Shown: piece by piece, positions 58,848-64,000 of the stretch | Layout of the letters: each line of letters opens with the position of its first letter | Numbering within the stretch: position 1 is the first letter of the stretch | Source of the DNA: Spirochaetia bacterium | Lineage (GTDB): Bacteria; Spirochaetota; Spirochaetia; SZUA-6; Bin103 | Assembly (NCBI GenBank): GCA_965203905.1 | Contig: CBDBDQ010000005.1 | Coordinates: 960,001-1,024,000, forward strand | Length of the DNA stretch: 64,000 nt | Direction of reading: 5' to 3' | Made by a program: the position numbers and the translations under genes | The notes under the pieces: generated by a model | The model's database searches: none | What the model saw: the letters and a program-made list of their open reading frames with translations, nothing else | Told to the model about the DNA's origin: nothing

Positions 58848-59789
58848 TCAGCTGCCGCTCGCCGAGGTGACGGCGGCGAACAGGCGGTCGATGCGCGCGG
58901 CCACGGTGGCGGACAGGGGGCCGCGGGCGAAGGAGGCCACGTTGCGGTGCAGGTGGTCGAGGTTGCCGGTGCCCGACAGCACGGTACTGACGCCCGGCTG
59001 CCAGCTGCAGTAGCGGTAGGCGGCGTCGGCGAGGTCGCCGGCCTCGGTGGACAGGAAACGCAACGGGTCATCGGCGGTGGCCAGTGCCGGGTCCACCTCG
59101 CCGCGGTCGGCCAGCTCGGCGAGCAGCTCGCGCAGCCGCTGCGGGCGGCTGAAGGCGCGCCGTACCGCGAACATGATCATGGTCCCCACACCGCGCTCAC
59201 CTGCCACCCGCAGCACCGTGTCGCGCGCGGTCTGGTTGAGCATGTTGAACCCCACCATGAGGACGTCGAACGGGCCGTCGGCGAGCACGTCACGCAGCAT
59301 GCGGTGCTCGGTGTCGCCGCCGAACCTCTCGGTGATGCCCAGGAAGCGCACCTTGCCCGCCGCCTGCAGGCGCTGCAGGGCCGGCACCATCTCGTCGCGG
59401 GCGTGCGGGTACTGCTCCGGGCTCACCCCGTGCAGGTGGTAAATGTCGATGTAATCGGTCTCCAGACGCCGCAGGCTGGCCTCCACCGCGGCCTCCAGCT
59501 CCGCTCCTGACAGCAGCCGCTCGCCGCCGGCGGCATTCAGCCCGCGCTTGCTGGAGAGCACCACCCGGTCCCGCGGCCTCCCGCGCAGGCCGGCAGCCAC
59601 CAGCGGCTCGGTCTGATACGCGGTGGCGGTGTCGATCAGGTTGACCCCGGCGTCGAGGGCGGCCTGCACGATGGCGGCGGACTGCGCCGTGCTCCGTCCC
59701 GTGCTCAGTCCCAGCCGGCTCGGGCCTCCGCAGCCGAGCGCCATCAGGCTCACGCGCAGACCGGTACGCCCCAGTTGCCGATATTCCAT
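58848..59789 (-). CDS. Aldo/keto reductase
   Basis: MEYRQLGRTGLRVS, IDTATAY, SLRRLETDYIDIYHLH, GKVRFLG. Confidence 0.92.
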   Translation of the reverse strand: MEYRQLGRTGLRVSLMALGCGGPSRLGLSTGRSTAQSAAIVQAALDAGVNLIDTATAYQTEPLVAAGLRGRPRDRVVLSSKRGLNAAGGERLLSGAELEAAVEASLRRLETDYIDIYHLHGVSPEQYPHARDEMVPALQRLQAAGKVRFLGITERFGGDTEHRMLRDVLADGPFDVLMVGFNMLNQTARDTVLRVAGERGVGTMIMFAVRRAFSRPQRLRELLAELADRGEVDPALATADDPLRFLSTEAGDLADAAYRYCSWQPGVSTVLSGTGNLDHLHRNVASFARGPLSATVAARIDRLFAAVTSASGS

Positions 59790-59912
59790 CTCCGTCCCCC
59801 GTTGCCGCCGGCGGGCTGCCCCGTTACTGTGCCATGGGCGCCGATCCGCGGACCTGCGGCATTGTGCACCCGGTCGCCCGTTACTACTACCTGCTGACGA
59901 AAGGAGCCACCA

Positions 59913-61763
59913 ATGAGCGCCACTACCGCTCTCCTGCAGTATCGAGCCGAGATGCTGCGCATCCACTCTATCAACATGACCTCCGCATCCGCCTCCGGCC
60001 ATCCCACCACCTGCATGTCCGCCGCGGAGATCATGAGCGTGCTGTTCTTCGACGAGTTGCGCTACGACCCCGCCAATCCCGACGCGCTCGGCAACGACGA
60101 GTTCGTGCTCTCCAAGGGGCATGCCGCGCCGGTGCTGTACGCCGCCTACGCCGAGGCGGGCACCATTCCGGTGGCCGAGCTGCAGGAGCTGCGCAACTTC
60201 GACAGCCGGCTCGAAGGGCATCCCATTCCCGGCCGTGCGCCGGGCGTGCGCGTCGCCACCGGGTCGCTTGGCCAAGGCCTCGCGGCCGCCATCGGCATGG
60301 CGCTGGCGGTCAACCACGACGGCGGCGGCCAGCGCGTGTACGTGCTGCTCGGTGACGGCGAGATGGCGGAGGGCTCGGTGTGGGAGGCGATGAACCTCGC
60401 GCCCCACCTCGGCGTGGGCAACCTGTGCGCCATCCTGGACATGAACCGTCTCGGGCAGAGCGATCCGACGCTGTTCCAGTGGGACAGCGCCGGCTACGCG
60501 GCCAAGGCCGCGGCGTTCGGTTGGGACGTACACGAGTGCGACGGTCATGATGTGGGCGCGCTGCAGGCGGCGTTCGCCGCCGCCCGCGCCGCCGACCGCC
60601 CCAGCTTCATCGTCGCGCGCACGGTCAAGGGCAAGGGCGTGAGCTTCCTGGAGGACGACGAGGCGATGCACGGCAAAGCGGTGCCGGACGACCAGCATGC
60701 CGCGGCGCTGGCCGAGGTGGAGGCGCGCATCGCGGCCGCCGGCAAGCCGGACCTGGCCGCCGGGGGAGCCACGCCCGCCGCTGCGGCCAGTAGTGCTCCG
60801 GCGCTGGGACCGCTCACGCTAACCACCAGCTATGAACCGGGCGCGAAGATCGCCACCCGCAAGGCCTACGGCGCAGCGCTGGCCAAGCTCGGCGCCGCCG
60901 ATCCCGGAATGTTCGTGCTGGACGCCGACGTCAAGAACTCCACCTTCACCGACGCCTTCTTCGGCGCCTTCCCGGAGCGCAGCGTGGAGTGTTACATCGC
61001 CGAGCAGAACATGATCGGCATCGCCACCGGCCTGCAGGCGCGCGGCAAGCGCGCGTTCGCGGCCACCTTCGCGGCGTTCCTTTCGCGCGCCTTCGACCAG
61101 GTCCGCATGGCCGCCCACTCGCAGGCCAACCTCAAGCTCGCCGGCTCCCATACCGGCGTCTCCATCGGCGAGGACGGCGCCTCGCAGATGGGGCTGGAGG
61201 ACGTGGCGATGCTGCGCGCGGTGCTCGGCAGCGCCGTGCTGTGTCCGGCGGACGGCGTGGCGGCGGAGAAGTTGACCTGCCTCAGCGCCAACTACGACGG
61301 CGTCTCCTACGTGCGCACCGCGCGGCCCGACGTGGCGGTGATCTACGCCAACGACGAGGAGTTCACGCTTGGCGGCAGCAAGGTGCTGCGTAGCTCCGCG
61401 GACGACCGCGTGACCCTGGTCGGGGCGGGGGTGACCCTGCACGAGGCGCTGGCGGCGGCCGACCTGCTGGCGGCCGAGGGGATCGCGGCGCGGGTGATCG
61501 ACTGCTACTCGATCAAGCCGCTCGACGCGGCCACCCTGCGCCTGGCGGCCGCCGAGACCGCGGCCATCGTCACCGCCGAGGACCACTACGCCGAGGGCGG
61601 CCTGGGCGAGGCGGTGGCCGCCGCCGTGAGCGGCGCCGGGGCACCGGTACACGTACTCGCGGTACGGCGCACTCCTCACTCCGGCAAGGGCGCCGAGCTG
61701 CTGGCCGAGCAGGACCTGGACGCCGCCGGCATCGCCGCCGCCGCCAGGAGCGCGCTCGGATAG
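59913..61763 (+). CDS. tkt: Transketolase (short single-chain type)
   Basis: SGHPTTCMS, LSKGHAAP, LEGHP, TGSLGQG, GDGEMAEG, IAEQNM, GEDGASQM. Confidence 0.93.
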   Translation: MSATTALLQYRAEMLRIHSINMTSASASGHPTTCMSAAEIMSVLFFDELRYDPANPDALGNDEFVLSKGHAAPVLYAAYAEAGTIPVAELQELRNFDSRLEGHPIPGRAPGVRVATGSLGQGLAAAIGMALAVNHDGGGQRVYVLLGDGEMAEGSVWEAMNLAPHLGVGNLCAILDMNRLGQSDPTLFQWDSAGYAAKAAAFGWDVHECDGHDVGALQAAFAAARAADRPSFIVARTVKGKGVSFLEDDEAMHGKAVPDDQHAAALAEVEARIAAAGKPDLAAGGATPAAAASSAPALGPLTLTTSYEPGAKIATRKAYGAALAKLGAADPGMFVLDADVKNSTFTDAFFGAFPERSVECYIAEQNMIGIATGLQARGKRAFAATFAAFLSRAFDQVRMAAHSQANLKLAGSHTGVSIGEDGASQMGLEDVAMLRAVLGSAVLCPADGVAAEKLTCLSANYDGVSYVRTARPDVAVIYANDEEFTLGGSKVLRSSADDRVTLVGAGVTLHEALAAADLLAAEGIAARVIDCYSIKPLDAATLRLAAAETAAIVTAEDHYAEGGLGEAVAAAVSGAGAPVHVLAVRRTPHSGKGAELLAEQDLDAAGIAAAARSALG

Positions 61764-61815
61764 CGCCCCGATACCGTCGCCCTCGGCGTCGCTATTGCCC
61801 CATCCCGTCTTTCCG

Positions 61816-63261
61816 TCAACCGTCGCCGAGCACGGCGCGGCTGGCGATGTAACGTCTCTTGGGATCATGCGGCCCGGTCCCTACCTCGCGCACGAGTCCG
61901 CGAGACACCAGTTTGACCAGACGAGTCCGTGTCGCCCGCGGAGTGAGGCCCACCGCCTTGGCGATCTCGCCGGTGCCGTGCTCGGCGCCACTCTCCAGCA
62001 GGGCGAGGATCAACTGATCCGTGCCGTCGACGACGTATCCGGTTTCGGTGCCGACAAGTTCGACGCCTGCAGCCGGCGGGCCGTCGTAACGCTCCGCGAC
62101 TCCCGCGTTGGTTGCTGCGCTTGCTCCGGTGTAGATGGTGACGCGCAGACGCAGGCCAACCTCCTCCCATACGGGGGGAGCGAGACCTGCCTCACGGCAT
62201 GTCGCCATCATTCGCTGGACTCCACTGCCCCACTGCTCGACCAGGCCGAGTTCATGAAACACCCGGCCGATGGTGCGGTTGCGGAGCCTGGAGATGCCCT
62301 GGGGCAGATCGTCGAGCGTCAACCCGAACGGAAGCAGGCCGGGATTCTCTACCTCGATCCGATCGTCGAATATGGCGAGCCTGATCGGCGCCCCACGTTG
62401 CGAATAGTCCGCATGCACGACCGCGTTGACGATCGCTTCGCGGATGGCCACGATTGGCACGCTCCACTGGTCCTGGCGCCGGACCTGGCCGATCTTGACG
62501 CCGCGCAGTGCATGTTTCTGCACGAAGGCCACCGCGTCTTCCACCGCTTGCACCGGTGGTGTCTTGATATCCAGGTGGTCGGCGATGGTTGCCTTGTCGG
62601 CGCCGGCGAAGCGGCCGGCCTGGATCCAGGCATCGGGAAAGTGCGCAAGGCGATCGGTCCCGAACAGCAGGATCCCGCCGACCGTCGGCACCAGCCGTCC
62701 CTGGTGAAGAGTGAGGAGCCTGAGCGTTCGGAGATTGCCCCGCGTCAGTGTGAGCGCCGGGGCGAATGACTCGGAAGCAACTCGGAAGTCGACCGCTTCC
62801 GAGTCGAGCACCGGCAACGGTCCCTCGTCGAACGACTCGCCGGTGGCAAAACGGCGCATCTCGGCAACCAGTGCCGCATCGGCCAGCCGGTTGGAGGATC
62901 CGACCCTTGCGTACGTGCCGCGGTGCAGCCCTTGGCGCGCGATATGGTGTGGCCGCGCGGGGCTCGGGAATACTTCTACCGCCAAGACGTGGGTGTTGCG
63001 GTAGCTCAGCAGCTCGACGTCCGGAACGAGCCGGGGCTTGATCGAATCGCTGATCAGGTTGACCACCCGTTCCCCCAGATCGAGAGGGTCGCTTACCCCA
63101 CGAATGTGCCTGGTGCGATCCTCGACGCCGATGAGAATGATCCCGCCTGCGGTATTGGCGAAGGCGACGACGGTGCGGAGGAACCCGGCGGGCGATGAGA
63201 GATCGCGCTTGAACTCCAGGTTCTTCCCCTCGGTCCGGCGCAGGATCTCGGCGAGCTTCAT
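61816..63261 (-). CDS. AlbA_2 (Schlafen-like) + HATPase_c_4 + winged-HTH protein
   Basis: EGKNLEFKRD, AFANTAGG..LIGVED, REAIVNAVVHADY, FDDRIEVENPG, RNRTI, EQWGSG, C-terminal HTH. Confidence 0.9.
   Translation of the reverse strand: MKLAEILRRTEGKNLEFKRDLSSPAGFLRTVVAFANTAGGIILIGVEDRTRHIRGVSDPLDLGERVVNLISDSIKPRLVPDVELLSYRNTHVLAVEVFPSPARPHHIARQGLHRGTYARVGSSNRLADAALVAEMRRFATGESFDEGPLPVLDSEAVDFRVASESFAPALTLTRGNLRTLRLLTLHQGRLVPTVGGILLFGTDRLAHFPDAWIQAGRFAGADKATIADHLDIKTPPVQAVEDAVAFVQKHALRGVKIGQVRRQDQWSVPIVAIREAIVNAVVHADYSQRGAPIRLAIFDDRIEVENPGLLPFGLTLDDLPQGISRLRNRTIGRVFHELGLVEQWGSGVQRMMATCREAGLAPPVWEEVGLRLRVTIYTGASAATNAGVAERYDGPPAAGVELVGTETGYVVDGTDQLILALLESGAEHGTGEIAKAVGLTPRATRTRLVKLVSRGLVREVGTGPHDPKRRYIASRAVLGDG
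62768..62805. repeat. 38-bp direct repeat, intragenic copy
   Basis: gactcggaagcaactcggaagtcgaccgcttccgagtc, identical to 63333-63370. Confidence 0.95.
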
Positions 63262-63262
63262 A

Positions 63263-63381
63263 ACTCGGAAGTGTACTCGGAACTTGCGCTCGGCGCTACG
63301 CTTCCGAGTTGTCCCGGCGCCAGCGCAGAACCGACTCGGAAGCAACTCGGAAGTCGACCGCTTCCGAGTCCAGTTCCGAGC
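63263..63381. repeat. ACTCGGAA/TTCCGAGT motif array including the second 38-bp copy (63333-63370)
   Basis: Motif at 63263, 63275, 63334 and 63345; inverted at 63302, 63362 and 63374 (last one imperfect). Confidence 0.9.
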
Positions 63382-63453
63382 TTTCGCCGCTGGCGGCAGC
63401 AGCGGGAGCGGCGCGACGGAGCCGGGCTCGCTGTCCGTTGACGCTAGCCCGGG

Positions 63454-64000
63454 CTAACCGTTGGCTGCCGGAATCGAGGGGATCGTTACCTCCGGGTCGG
63501 CGTCGGCAGCGTAGTCGACACCCGGAAGGCCGAAGCCGAACAGGCGCAGGAAGTCGCCGCGGTAGCCTTCGAGGTCGGCCAGTTCCGCGACCCGGTCGGC
63601 GCCACCGCCATCCGCAAACGCGGCGAAGCGGCGCTCCACCTCCTGCTGCACGTCCGGATCCATCTCCCAGTCGTCGATGCGGACCCGGTCCTCGTCGTCG
63701 GTGGGGATGGAATCGCCCGCGTAGAGACGGCCGGCGAACAGGCGGTAGATCTGCTCGATCGCGCCCTCGTGCGAGCCGCGCTCCTTCATCACCCGGAACA
63801 GCAGCATCAGATAGAGCGGGATCACCGGGATGGCGGCGCTCGCCTGGGTGACCAGCGCCTTGTTGACCGAAACCAGCGTGCGTGCCGGCAACTCCCGATC
63901 CAGCTCCAGGGCGGTGCGCTCCAGGTGCTGCTTGGCGCGGCCGATGGTGCCCTCGCGGTAGATCGCGTAGGTGTAGGTGGGGCCGGCGTAGGTGTAGGCG
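63454..64000 (-). CDS. fabV: Enoyl-ACP reductase FabV / trans-2-enoyl-CoA reductase, 3' part
   Basis: Y..GP..T.AIYREGTIGRAK, KALVTQASAAIP, HEGAIEQIYRLF, RIDDWEM, FLRLFGFG..GVDY. Confidence 0.9.
   Translation of the reverse strand, partial: AYTYAGPTYTYAIYREGTIGRAKQHLERTALELDRELPARTLVSVNKALVTQASAAIPVIPLYLMLLFRVMKERGSHEGAIEQIYRLFAGRLYAGDSIPTDDEDRVRIDDWEMDPDVQQEVERRFAAFADGGGADRVAELADLEGYRGDFLRLFGFGLPGVDYAADADPEVTIPSIPAANG

Noticed and set aside
62768-63370. 38-bp repeat pair as a DGR template/variable repeat or a mini-CRISPR
   Set aside because: Copies are identical with no adenine-specific differences, there are only two, 565 bp apart, and no reverse transcriptase or cas gene is present.

Overview
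A GC-rich bacterial chromosomal segment. The signal peptides of the binding proteins look spirochaete-like, so Spirochaetota is a tentative inference. Most of the window is housekeeping metabolism: pntAa/Ab/B, bshC-bshA-hemC-hemL, proCAB, argA, serC, aroA, purA, pyrG, xylA, fba, rlmN, the PDH genes aceE/aceF/lpdA, tkt and fabV. Several accessory or regulatory modules interrupt it. (1) A self-contained sigma-54 module at 2913-8755: consensus -24/-12 promoter, tandem UAS-like repeats, a predicted beta-barrel, an ABC-2 exporter, a DUF4390-like protein, a kinase and a GAFTGA activator. (2) A lower-GC ABC-type ATPase plus small PD-(D/E)XK gene pair, a candidate defence system, next to a deletion scar. 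(3) A membrane-anchored LytTR regulator with 21-23 bp periodic repeats and a micro-ORF upstream. (4) A decaying MthZI/MjaI-like R-M islet whose endonuclease appears collapsed to a 20-codon ORF. (5) A block between aceE and aceF: pstS-arsC and a convergent aquaporin share near-identical Pho-box-like arrays with no arsR in the window, plus an Rpn-like nuclease with a candidate internal antitoxin start. (6) An AlbA_2/HATPase/HTH gene with a palindromic 38-bp internal segment copied exactly upstream of its own start. No rRNA, tRNA, CRISPR array or intact transposase/integrase was recognised. All family assignments come from motif recognition by eye, not database searches.
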